Assembly (NCBI GenBank): GCA_965221905.1
Contig: OZ244922.1
Span: 3,382,956 to 3,446,955 of the forward strand
Direction of reading: 5' to 3'
DNA from: Chloroflexota bacterium
GTDB taxonomy: Bacteria > Chloroflexota > UBA11872 > VXOZ01
DNA length: 64,000 nucleotides
The position numbers were made by a program, and so were the translations under genes. Under the pieces are notes generated by a model. That model worked only from the letters and a program-made list of their open reading frames with translations, searched no databases and was not told the origin of the DNA. Of the stretch, positions 39,240-48,202 are shown piece by piece; the first letter of the stretch is position 1; every line of letters begins with the position of its first letter.

Positions 39240-40408
39240 GTTTGGTTCTCGTTGATCAGACTGTTACCATCTATCTCGTAATAGCAAGAGTGCTCACTCT
39301 CTAGGTCTGTATAGAATCCCATGAGCTTTTTCCACTTGATCACAGCCAAAGCTGCATTCAAAGCGTTGAGATCGGCAATCTGAATGTTGCGTAAGTATTC
39401 ATTCTCGCCATTTTCATCTGAGAACGGTATGGTCGAGTGAATGTGGCTGCGTTCGTCAACTGTACTTGTTGTAACTCTCAACACGCCAAGCAGTGAACCG
39501 TCTACTTCGTTCACCCCCATCCCTGCATCTATGAATGGCACGCCGAACTCACACAGCTTCTCAACCACGAGTCTCCTGCTAAATCCCCTATCGACCGCTA
39601 GAAAGACAAAATCCATATTGCGAAGCCTATCAATTGTCGATTCTTCAAGGAAGTCATGGGCGAAAATGCGGTTCCGCATCTGAGAATAAACGTTGCAAAA
39701 GTACTCGGCTTTCTGTGGCGCCTTTACCAGGGTCTCCAAAGACGGCGCTCCGGGTGAGCGAAACGCGTTATGCTGCCCAAACCTGTCACCATCGAATAGA
39801 TGGATTTCTTTCACGGGCGTCTTAGCTACTAGGTCAAGAATGTATGAGCCAGTGCCCCCCAGTCCAACAATCGCTACTGCGCCGATGGCAAGTTTATCGG
39901 TCACAGCGACGATGCCAGATCGGCTCGACGCCGTATCAATATACTTAAACACCGAGTCGTCACCTTGAGGCTCGACAATCGAGAAGGTTTGGATCTTCAA
40001 GTTAGGATTGATGGATAGAGCGGGCCCAGAAACGATATGCGCGTAGGTGGTCATCTTCTCGTAATAGTCGTGGTACCCTTCACTTGGCTTGCTTGAAAAC
40101 GTATGGTCAATCACTAGACCACTAGCTAGCTCCCTGCGGGTGCTGGAGTTATGGATCTGCGTTAGTGGACGTCCCTCTTGGTCGCAAGGCATCTCTCCGG
40201 CGAACATCACAACATGAGTACTCGGTCTTGCTGTGACATTGCCTGCTAACGACAATTCTGCAACCAAAGTGCCTCGGGAAATGTTGCGCTCGCTCGTGAC
40301 GTAAGGGATGCCTCTTAATAGAAGATGGCCGGATCGGATCTCAACTTCGTGCCCTTCGCCTTGAAGCCGACTGAGGTCCGGGCTAAGACTTATCAGTGAT
40401 TGTGACAT
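39236..40408 (-). CDS. E2-like N-terminal domain fused to E1-like ThiF/MoeB adenylyltransferase domain (Cap2/BubCD-like architecture)
   Basis: C-terminal half has ThiF motifs VAIVGLGGTGSYILDLVAKTPVKEIHLFDGDRFGQHNAFR (GxGxxG nucleotide loop, D-x-D...N-x-x-R); N-terminal about 170 aa has a single Cys in HVVMFAGEMPCDQEG, compatible with a UBC-like catalytic centre; overlaps the upstream Ubl gene by 26 nt. Confidence 0.65.
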   Translation of the reverse strand: MSQSLISLSPDLSRLQGEGHEVEIRSGHLLLRGIPYVTSERNISRGTLVAELSLAGNVTARPSTHVVMFAGEMPCDQEGRPLTQIHNSSTRRELASGLVIDHTFSSKPSEGYHDYYEKMTTYAHIVSGPALSINPNLKIQTFSIVEPQGDDSVFKYIDTASSRSGIVAVTDKLAIGAVAIVGLGGTGSYILDLVAKTPVKEIHLFDGDRFGQHNAFRSPGAPSLETLVKAPQKAEYFCNVYSQMRNRIFAHDFLEESTIDRLRNMDFVFLAVDRGFSRRLVVEKLCEFGVPFIDAGMGVNEVDGSLLGVLRVTTSTVDERSHIHSTIPFSDENGENEYLRNIQIADLNALNAALAVIKWKKLMGFYTDLESEHSCYYEIDGNSLINENQT

Positions 40409-40637
40409 TAAAGATTGTTCCTTTCTGAATCTTTACCTTTTGGTCAGGAAAGAGCCGCCCATTTGGTGGTCTACCCGCGCCGTCGCGATAGGTGACAGTT
40501 ATCTCGATATACGGACCCGATGGCACTGGATCGTAGGCGAGTAAGACGACGACGTCGAAAGATATTTCATCAGAATTGACTACCTTCTTGCGGCCGTTCA
40601 CGATAATCTGTACTTTTTCCTTTTCGTCAATCATCAT
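40383..40637 (-). CDS. small beta-grasp (ubiquitin-like / multiubiquitin-type) protein, no C-terminal Gly
   Basis: 84 aa, no Cys, alternating beta-strand-like segments (KVQIIVNGRKKVV, FDVVVLLAY, YIEITVTY, KVKIQKGTIFNVTI); AAGGAG RBS 6-7 nt upstream; ends ...TITDKS. Confidence 0.5.
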   Translation of the reverse strand: MMIDEKEKVQIIVNGRKKVVNSDEISFDVVVLLAYDPVPSGPYIEITVTYRDGAGRPPNGRLFPDQKVKIQKGTIFNVTITDKS

Positions 40638-40645
40638 TAGACTCC

Positions 40646-40754
40646 TTGCAATGTTGCAAAAACAATTATCAGTACCATATGTGGTACACTTTCAATCTAC
40701 ACTGTGCGTACTGCCCGTGTCAACCCAAAATGGTACTTGTACCGTTTTAAGTAC
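40646..40754. promoter_or_regulatory. divergent promoter/operator region with GTAC-core palindromes
   Basis: TTGCAATGTTGCAA (40646-40659); perfect 16-bp palindrome GTACCATATGTGGTAC (40672-40687); AAAATGGTACTTGTACCGTTTT (40727-40748, one mismatch); lies between the divergent Ubl operon and the XRE gene. Confidence 0.55.
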
Positions 40755-40764
40755 AGGAGGTTTT

Positions 40765-41235
40765 ATGGCTGCAGGTAAGATAGAGCTTGGTGACCTAGGC
40801 CGTCTTGTCGCGGCTGAGCGGGATCGACGCGGCCTAAGTCTTCGCGAAGCGGCAAGTGCGATTGGAATTCCCTTCAACACCCTGGCGCGAGTGGAAAAGG
40901 GACACGTGCCTGACCTTCCAAAGTTCAAGAGGCTCGTGGAGTGGTGTGGTGCCGATATAAACCAGTTCTTTGAATGGCAGGAGAAAGCTGCGTCGACAAC
41001 AGACATTATCGCTGAACACCTTCGATCTGATCCAAGTCTGCCTGCTGCCGCTGCTGACCAAATCTCAAGAATCGTTAACGAACTCTATCAAGCTCTAGCA
41101 GTTCCGCAAGAGTTTTCTGCAGCGCATCTACGGGCAGCAACCACTTTCAAGCCAGAAGCGGCGCGCGCGCTCGGGACACTCTTACAGGACTTGAATGAAG
41201 CGCTTCTGAAGGAAACTGAACATGGCTCTGCGTAG
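40765..41235 (+). CDS. XRE-family helix-turn-helix transcriptional regulator (CapH-like)
   Basis: AGGAGG RBS 7 nt upstream of the ATG; HTH LSLREAASAIGIPFNTLARVEKGH; 156 aa with C-terminal helical domain. Confidence 0.75.
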   Translation: MAAGKIELGDLGRLVAAERDRRGLSLREAASAIGIPFNTLARVEKGHVPDLPKFKRLVEWCGADINQFFEWQEKAASTTDIIAEHLRSDPSLPAAAADQISRIVNELYQALAVPQEFSAAHLRAATTFKPEAARALGTLLQDLNEALLKETEHGSA

Positions 41236-41776
41236 AGGGTTTAAGTCTGAGGCGGAGAGAATTGCGGAGGGCATCCGAAGAGAACTCGGACTGAGTTCCG
41301 CTGAATCGGTTTCGCCCGATGCAATTGCCGAACTTCAGGGTGTACAAATCGTGGCAGGCGACGAATTGATCCCCCGTCAACGATTTGTTGAGCTTGAAAA
41401 TATACAAACAGGAGCCTTTTCAGCATGCACATTACGACCTTCTCCCGATCGCGTTGTCATTGTGTTCAACCCTCTATCAGCCGAGTCCCGCCGCAAAAGC
41501 GATCTAGCCCATGAACTTGCACACCTACTCCTCAACCACAAGTTGAGTCGGATTGAGAGGCTCGGTGAGATTTCCTTTCTAACATGCGATTCGGTTCAAG
41601 AGGCGGAGGCTTCCTGGCTATCAGGCTGCTTACTGCTACCTCGAGCGTTGCTATTGTCGGAGGTCCGCAGGGGTTTGAGTTCTGTTGAAATTGCCGAGAA
41701 ATGTGGTGTGAGTGAACAGATGGTGCGTTACAGAACTAATGTTACTGGTGTGCTAAGGCAGAGCCAGGCCCGCTGA
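41222..41776 (+). CDS. ImmA/IrrE family zinc metallopeptidase (CapP-like)
   Basis: HEXXH motif in DLAHELAHLLLNH typical of DUF955/ImmA; overlaps the XRE gene by 14 nt. Confidence 0.75.
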   Translation: MALRRGFKSEAERIAEGIRRELGLSSAESVSPDAIAELQGVQIVAGDELIPRQRFVELENIQTGAFSACTLRPSPDRVVIVFNPLSAESRRKSDLAHELAHLLLNHKLSRIERLGEISFLTCDSVQEAEASWLSGCLLLPRALLLSEVRRGLSSVEIAEKCGVSEQMVRYRTNVTGVLRQSQAR

Positions 41777-42168
41777 AAGTTGAGGCGCGCCACGGTTTAA
41801 TGTAAGTGGCTTCGGCTAAAGCATGCGTTGTACCGTGAAAGTCAACGACTATTCTTGATCCTAGATTCTGGTTGGCTGGTCAATAAAGGGGGAGCTAATT
41901 CCTATGACAGGCTTCTGTGTACGCCGCCAGGGTGGGTTCGGCGATGCGGAGCCATGAGAAGCCGCGGGCGAAGCGTAGGGCGTCGCCGTAAGCCCACCTA
42001 TGGATTAGATGGTCACGTTACCCCATTCTTGAAATCGCATCCCGCGCTCCGTTATAGTGAAGTATGGAAGAAAACGTGATCTTCCTCAAATACATTTTCT
42101 CAATTGCGTGCCAAGCGCCGGTCATAGCAGCTTGTCCGAGTAACACGTAGCGGACAGGGTTAGTATTT

Positions 42169-42329
42169 GGTGACTAGCACATGCTGTTTCAGTGAATCGA
42201 TATTTTCGTGAAACAGCGCCTGTGTGAAACAGCATCTGCGTTTCAGCGAGATAGCATCTTCGTTTCAAGGAAACGGCGACTTTGTTTCAGGGAAACAGCA
42301 TCTTCGTGAAACGGCATCTGCTAGTCACT
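42169..42329. repeat. array of 4 consecutive GUUUC/GAAAC-stem hairpins flanked by 10-bp inverted repeat GTGACTAGCA / TGCTAGTCAC, in the pnp 5' region
   Basis: nine GTTTC/GAAAC pentamers in 140 bp, arranged as GCTGTTTCA..TGAAACAGC, TGAAAC..GTTTCA, CGTTTC AAG GAAACG, TGTTTC AGGG AAACA. Confidence 0.6.
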
Positions 42330-42378
42330 AACCACACGGCGGGCCGGGTGTGGGGCACGGGAAGGATTTTTCCGTCGT

Positions 42379-44721
42379 ATGATTCACAAGGTAGAGGCAG
42401 ACCATGCCGGTCGTGCGTATAGCATCGAGACCGGGCGGTTTGCCGAGCAGGCCAGTGGTGCGGTAACGATCCGTTGCGGCGACGCGATACTTCTGGTCAC
42501 GGTCACGGGCTCTAAGCCTCGCGAGGGGATCGATTTCTTTCCTCTTTCCGTTGACGTGGAAGAGAAGTACTACGCCGTAGGCAGGATTCCCGGTGGGTAT
42601 TTGCGGCGCGAGGGCAGGCCGAGCGACGATTGCGTGCTGGCGGCGCGGCTTTGCGACCGCCCGTTGCGTCCGCTCTTCCCCAAGGACTATCGTAATGAAG
42701 TCCAGGTTATCATCACCATTCTCAGCGCCGACCAAGAGAATTCCACCGACGTGATGGGCATTGTTGGGGCATCGGCGGCGCTCTGCATCTCGGATATCCC
42801 CTTTGGCGGACCGATTGGCGCGGTGCGCGTGGGGCGCATCAACGGTGAGTTCGTCATCAATCCGCTCATGTCGCAATTCGCGGAGAGCGATCTTGATTTG
42901 GTCATCGTGGGCACCCGCGACGCCGTGATGATGGTGGAAGCCGAGGCAGGCCAGCTACCCGAGACGGAGATGGTCGCCGCGCTGGAGCGCGGTCACGAGG
43001 CCTTGCAGGAGACCATCGCCATGCAGGAAGAGCTCATCAGCAAGGTGAGCAAAGCGAAGCATGAATACGTCCCCCACGGCCCGTCGGACGATCTCGTCGC
43101 GCAGGTTCACGAGCGCGTCGCAGAGCCCTTGGCCGCGGCATTTGGGGCACCGGATAAGGCCGCGCGCGAGGCGCAATTGGCCGAGATTACGGCAAAAACC
43201 GTGGAAGATCTCGGCGAACAGTTTGACGAATCGCACGTAAAAGACGCCGTGCAGTCCGCCGTCAAAGCGCATGTGCGAAACGAAATCTTGCATGAGAACA
43301 AGCGGCCCGATGGACGCGGAAAAGCGGAAATTCGCTCGTTGTCCGCGGAAGTCGGCGTATTGCCGCGCACCCACGGCACCGGTCTCTTCCAGCGCGGACA
43401 GACCCAGGTGCTGAGCATCACCACCCTCGGCTCTGCCGGCGACGCGCAGCCGCTCTACGGACTTGAAATCGCCGACTCTAAGCCGTTTATTCACCACTAC
43501 AACTTTCCGCCCTTCAGCACCGGTGAAACCGGACGGCTGGGGTCGCCCCGCAGGCGGGAGATCGGCCACGGCCGTCTCGCCGAGCGCGCCGTCGCGCAGG
43601 TGCTGCCCACCCGGGAGGAGTTTCCTTACACCATTCGGATAGTCTCCGAAGTGCTCTCTTCTAACGGCTCCACCAGCATGGCATCGGCCTGTGGGAGTTC
43701 GCTGGCGCTCATGGATGCCGGCGTACCGATCAAAGCGCCGGTGGGCGGTATTGCGATGGGTTTGGTGATGGGCGATGAAGGCGAGTACGCGATACTCACC
43801 GACATTCAGGGCATCGAGGACGCCCTGGGCGATATGGACTTCAAGGTGGCGGGCACCACGAAGGGCATCACCGCGTTGCAGATGGATATCAAGGTCAAGG
43901 GAATTACGTTCTCCATCATGGAACAGGCGCTCGCACAGGCGCGCGACGCCCGCATGGCAGTGCTGGACGTGATGGTAGACGCGATTGCCGAGCCTCGTAC
44001 CGAGCTATCCGACTTTGCGCCGCGGCTTGTTTCCGTCAAGATCAATCCGGAAAAGATTGGCGAGGTAATCGGCCCCGGCGGCAAGATAATCCGCAAGATT
44101 CAGGAAGAAACTGAATCGAAGATTGATATCTCCGATGACGGCACCATCGTCATAACCGGCGAGTCCAAGGATGGTGTCGAAAAGGCTGCAGAGACTATTC
44201 GCGCTATGACGACGGAACTCGAGGTCGGCGCGATCTTTACCGGCACAGTATCCCGCATTATGAATGCCGGCGTATTCGTGAACCTGCCGGATGGACGGCG
44301 TGAGGGCCTGGTGCGCATGGGCGAACTGGCGGAAGACTACGTCGAACGCGCCGAAGACGTTGCGGATGTGGGCGATGAGGTCATGGTCATGGTCATCGAG
44401 ATCGACTACCAAGGCCGTGTGAACCTCTCTCGACGCGCGGTTTTGGAGGGATCGAGTCCTGCCGATCGAGCCGGATCGGGACGCGGCGAGCGCAGCGAGC
44501 GCGGCGGTTACAACCGCGGACGCGGTCCTTCATCGGATCGTCGCAGCGGCCCGCCTCGGGGCGGCCGGGGACCTCGGCGTGACGACCGCGACCGCGCGCC
44601 TGTGGCGTCCGACCGCGCGCCCGCGGCGACCGAAACAGACGGCGACCGGAGCAGCCAGCCCGATTCGTCGCAAGATGATAGTCAAGGTAAGACGCCTGAA
44701 AGCTCTGGCAGAAAGTGGTAA
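42379..44721 (+). CDS. pnp: polyribonucleotide nucleotidyltransferase (PNPase) with extended Arg/Gly/Asp-rich C-terminal tail
   Basis: N-terminal RNase PH blocks (FFPLSVDVEEKYYAVGRIPGGYLRREGRPSD; LRPLFP), KH GPGGKIIRKI, S1 domain, then about 90 aa low-complexity RG/RD-rich tail. Confidence 0.95.
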   Translation: MIHKVEADHAGRAYSIETGRFAEQASGAVTIRCGDAILLVTVTGSKPREGIDFFPLSVDVEEKYYAVGRIPGGYLRREGRPSDDCVLAARLCDRPLRPLFPKDYRNEVQVIITILSADQENSTDVMGIVGASAALCISDIPFGGPIGAVRVGRINGEFVINPLMSQFAESDLDLVIVGTRDAVMMVEAEAGQLPETEMVAALERGHEALQETIAMQEELISKVSKAKHEYVPHGPSDDLVAQVHERVAEPLAAAFGAPDKAAREAQLAEITAKTVEDLGEQFDESHVKDAVQSAVKAHVRNEILHENKRPDGRGKAEIRSLSAEVGVLPRTHGTGLFQRGQTQVLSITTLGSAGDAQPLYGLEIADSKPFIHHYNFPPFSTGETGRLGSPRRREIGHGRLAERAVAQVLPTREEFPYTIRIVSEVLSSNGSTSMASACGSSLALMDAGVPIKAPVGGIAMGLVMGDEGEYAILTDIQGIEDALGDMDFKVAGTTKGITALQMDIKVKGITFSIMEQALAQARDARMAVLDVMVDAIAEPRTELSDFAPRLVSVKINPEKIGEVIGPGGKIIRKIQEETESKIDISDDGTIVITGESKDGVEKAAETIRAMTTELEVGAIFTGTVSRIMNAGVFVNLPDGRREGLVRMGELAEDYVERAEDVADVGDEVMVMVIEIDYQGRVNLSRRAVLEGSSPADRAGSGRGERSERGGYNRGRGPSSDRRSGPPRGGRGPRRDDRDRAPVASDRAPAATETDGDRSSQPDSSQDDSQGKTPESSGRKW

Positions 44722-44727
44722 GGAGCC

Positions 44728-45540
44728 ATGGCAGCAACGCGGGCAGAACCCCTCCGTGTCGCAGTGTGCGGCATCTTCGGGCGCGTGGGCACGACAGTCG
44801 CAAACGCAGTAGCGCGTGAGGATGACCTCACGCTCGTCGGCGGCGCTGACATTATCGCCTCAAGCGACGGCTTTGCCGCGGCTACCGGCCAATCGGTAGT
44901 CACTGAGACCGATTTGCCGACGTTGCTGGCAGATACGAAGCCTGAGGTCCTGATTGACTTTACTCGTGCCGATGCCGCCCGGGTGAACGTGCGCACTGCA
45001 CTTGAAAACGGGGTGCATGCCGTGGTTGGCACGACGGGGATGGAATTGGCGGAGATCGAAGCGCTGGGAGCGGTTGCGGCGCGCCACGACGTCGGTCTAG
45101 TCGTGGCGCCGAACTTTGCGCTCAGCGCGGTACTCATGGTCCATGTAAGCAAAATTGTCGGTAAGTACATGGACTACTGCGATATCGTAGAGTATCACCA
45201 CGAGCGCAAGATCGATGCCCCTTCCGGCACCGCGTTGCAAAGCGCCCTCGACATTCGGGAGGCGCGGGGCAGCGACTTCATCTCCGTCCCCACGGAGAAG
45301 GAGACGCTCGTCGGCACCCGCGGCGGCGTGCATGGGGGTATCAACGTCCATGCCGTGCGGCTGCCGGGGATGGTGGCCCATCAGCAGATTGTGTTTGGTG
45401 GTTTGGGGCAAACCCTCACCATCCGCCAGGACTCCACTAGCACGGAATCCTTCATACCCGGCGTGCTCATGGCCGCGCGCGCAGTACCGGAGCTCAAAGG
45501 CCTCACCCACGGCCTGGACGCCCTGCTCGGCCTGAATTAG
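44728..45540 (+). CDS. dapB: 4-hydroxy-tetrahydrodipicolinate reductase
   Basis: LRVAVCGIFGRVG N-terminus and DapB signature EIVEYHHERKIDAPSGTAL; 7 nt after pnp. Confidence 0.9.
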   Translation: MAATRAEPLRVAVCGIFGRVGTTVANAVAREDDLTLVGGADIIASSDGFAAATGQSVVTETDLPTLLADTKPEVLIDFTRADAARVNVRTALENGVHAVVGTTGMELAEIEALGAVAARHDVGLVVAPNFALSAVLMVHVSKIVGKYMDYCDIVEYHHERKIDAPSGTALQSALDIREARGSDFISVPTEKETLVGTRGGVHGGINVHAVRLPGMVAHQQIVFGGLGQTLTIRQDSTSTESFIPGVLMAARAVPELKGLTHGLDALLGLN

Positions 45541-45565
45541 ACGCACAGTAAGTTTGGGCGAACTG

Positions 45566-45602
45566 GTAGCACAGGTTGCAAACCTGTGCTACTTTGTTAT
45601 TG
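45566..45602 (+). terminator. Rho-independent terminator after dapB (REP family B hairpin)
   Basis: GTAGCACAGGTT-GCAA-AACCTGTGCTAC (12-bp stem, GNRA loop) followed by TTTGTTATTG; other family-B copies (12836-12863, 57987-58010, 58161-58186) lack the T-run. Confidence 0.6.
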
Positions 45603-45751
45603 ACAGCGTGTTCTGACATGGGGGTGCTTGGCTTCAATCGCTGCATTCGCTGATAAGACCAACAGCGGAGGGGGCACACGGCCCTCCGAAGCGAAGTATC
45701 TTTCTGGGATAAACGCCTTGCGTACAGTAGGGATTGTAGAGGAGCACACAC

Positions 45752-46363
45752 GTGGCGACGCTTGTAGAACCGCCCGTCGGACAAATCGCATTACGTCCCT
45801 TTAGTCTTGAAGACTACCACTGGCTGATTGAACATGGATTCTTCCATGAAGATGAGCGCGTGGAGCTTATCCAAGGAGTCCTGCATCAAATGAGTCCTAA
45901 AGGTCTGCGCCACGCTGCCTGTCTTACGCGCGGCCTACGCATCTTCAATGCCGCCTTAAGCGATCGTGCTTGTATGAGAGCGCAGGACCCTATCACTCTG
46001 CCAGGCAGCAACTCAGAACCGGAACCCGATCTTGTTGTGGCCCAGTGGCGGGAAGATGATTATGCCACCCATCATCCGCTCCCGGAAGACGTGCTCCTTG
46101 TGATTGAAATTGCTGATTCAAGTTTGGATTATGACCGGCGCGTCAAAGTTCCTCTTTATGCGGCTTCAGGAATTTCCGAATTCTGGCTGGTAAACTTGCA
46201 AGAAGACAAGATAGAGGTGTATCGAGAGCCAACCAGTCCGGCCGTAGGTACGCCATACTATCGCCAGCACCAGATTACTTCCGTACAAGACACTGTTACT
46301 CCCACTCGTTTCCCCGATTGCGCTATTTCGGTGGAGGGCCTGCTCCCCCCGAAGCGTGACTAG
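45752..46363 (+). CDS. Uma2-family (DUF820) putative restriction-endonuclease-like protein
   Basis: EPDLVVAQW...VLLVIEIADSSLDYDRRVKVPLYAASGISEFWLVNLQEDKIEVY (PD-(D/E)xK-like Uma2 core). Confidence 0.8.
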   Translation: MATLVEPPVGQIALRPFSLEDYHWLIEHGFFHEDERVELIQGVLHQMSPKGLRHAACLTRGLRIFNAALSDRACMRAQDPITLPGSNSEPEPDLVVAQWREDDYATHHPLPEDVLLVIEIADSSLDYDRRVKVPLYAASGISEFWLVNLQEDKIEVYREPTSPAVGTPYYRQHQITSVQDTVTPTRFPDCAISVEGLLPPKRD

Positions 46364-46603
46364 CATCGCGCCCCTACCACTTGTTCTGCACTTCGTTTGC
46401 CGCAACAGGTAGCGGTATCGGACACATGGCAGTTGCTCCGGCCGGCAAAGTGCTCCCACGCCTAACGCAGCGTTTCAAGACTGCAATACCGCCCTCCATA
46501 ACCGCGCTTGATGGCCCGTAAGCCAATGGTCTTGGTATGATGGTGAGAGTACTCTCTAATTGAGCAGTCACGAGCAACGGCTAGTAAGACGTAGGACAAA
46601 GGC

Positions 46604-47671
46604 ATGGCAAATAGCGGCGGTTACAACGTAGGTGTTCTCGGCGCCACCGGCATGGTGGGGCGTCTCCTTCTCGATATCCTTGTAGAGCGGGCATTCCCAT
46701 TGAAGGACCTGCGCCTCTTCGCTTCAGCAAACTCGCAGGGAAAGAAAATACAGTTTGGCGGCCAGTCGTATACCGTTGAGGAGACGACGGAGGATTCGTT
46801 CGAGGGCTTGGACATTCTCTTTGCCTCCGCCGCCACCGGTGCCAACCGCCACTTCTCGCCAATCGCCGCCCGCGCGGGCGCCACGGTTGTGGATGACTCT
46901 GCGGCATTCCGCATGGATCCTGACGTGCCTTTGGTCATCGCGGGCGTAAACGACGACGATTTACTTCAGCACAATGGCATCATCGCCGGGCCGAATTGCT
47001 CCACGATACAGCTCGTGCTGGCGATCAATCCCATTCATCAGGTCAATCCCATCTGCCGCATGGTGGTTGATACCTACCAAGCGGTATCCGGCTGGGGGCG
47101 AGACGCCATGGTGGAGTTGGACGACCAGATCAAGGCCAAGGCTGCCGGCAATCATGATGAGCTCCCGCGGCAAATCTTCCGCCACGAGATTCTGGGCAAT
47201 GTGCTGCCGGAAGTCGATTCGTTCCTCGAGGATGGGTACACCAAAGAGGAATGGAAAGTCATCCACGAGACTCGCAAGATCATGCACGCGCCGGAGATGA
47301 TGATTACGTGCACTGCGGTGCGGGTTCCCGTGGCCGTCGGCCACTCCGAGGCCGTGCATATGGAGCTCACCCGACCCATGACCGCCGACGCTGTCCGCGA
47401 GGTGCTCGCAGGCGCGCCGGACGTGCGCGTGGTGGATGATCCCAGCCGGGGGCTCTACCCGGTTGCCACCGACGCGGCCGGCACGGACGACGTGCTGATC
47501 GGCCGCATCCGCAACGACGTCTCCCACGAGAACGGTATCGCCCTGTGGGTGGTGGCCGATAACTTGCGCTGCGGCGCGGCTACAAATGCGGTGCGTATTG
47601 CCGAGATGCTGATCGAGCGCGACCTGCTGCACGGCTCGGCTGCAACGGCGGCAAGCAGAAGTAGCGATTGA
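46604..47671 (+). CDS. asd: aspartate-semialdehyde dehydrogenase
   Basis: VGVLGATGMVGR, active-site NCSTIQLV, HSEAVHMEL blocks. Confidence 0.92.
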   Translation: MANSGGYNVGVLGATGMVGRLLLDILVERAFPLKDLRLFASANSQGKKIQFGGQSYTVEETTEDSFEGLDILFASAATGANRHFSPIAARAGATVVDDSAAFRMDPDVPLVIAGVNDDDLLQHNGIIAGPNCSTIQLVLAINPIHQVNPICRMVVDTYQAVSGWGRDAMVELDDQIKAKAAGNHDELPRQIFRHEILGNVLPEVDSFLEDGYTKEEWKVIHETRKIMHAPEMMITCTAVRVPVAVGHSEAVHMELTRPMTADAVREVLAGAPDVRVVDDPSRGLYPVATDAAGTDDVLIGRIRNDVSHENGIALWVVADNLRCGAATNAVRIAEMLIERDLLHGSAATAASRSSD

Positions 47672-47953
47672 CCTCAAGTGCCTCAGCGACATGCCGACTG
47701 CGCCAAATGAGCATTATCCGACTTTCTGTCGAGCATGGTATCCACTTCAAGGCCGGTCTGATTGACTTTGGTCCTGAGGTTGCAGGGCCGATCAGCCGTG
47801 CCGGTACCGTCGGACTCCAATTCTGCGTGCACGGGTAATCTACCCACAAGTGCTTGGACACTCGCTCTGTTTGTAGCTCGGCGCGTGCCTGCAAAGGGCA
47901 CAGCGACAACAGTCCTCCAATCAGGACCTCAGGTCTTAGACGACGCACACCGC

Positions 47954-48202
47954 CTACTCATATACTGCGACGAGTACGGCGTCGTGAGGGTTCTGTAAAT
48001 CGTTGAAGACGACGATGCAGCGTTTGCTCACCGTGATGGCTGTGGCGTTGAGGCCGCGATTTACGGCAATGCCGTTGAGGAAGGTGGGAAACGAGCCGGT
48101 AATCTGCACGTCCGCCAGCCAATTCGGGGCGTCGAATGCCCTGATGATGCCGCTCAAGGCATAGCCGGGCGCGATCCCGCCGGAGAACTCTGATTGTGCC
48201 AT
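47954..48202 (-). CDS. hypothetical protein (prophage-associated?)
   Basis: 82 aa ORF at the left edge of the phage-like block. Confidence 0.25.
   Translation of the reverse strand: MAQSEFSGGIAPGYALSGIIRAFDAPNWLADVQITGSFPTFLNGIAVNRGLNATAITVSKRCIVVFNDLQNPHDAVLVAVYE

Noticed and set aside
41828-42079. 83-aa ORF upstream of pnp; search for rpsO
   Set aside because: No similarity to ribosomal protein S15. The ORF is Arg-rich and likely non-coding. rpsO is not encoded upstream of pnp in this window.
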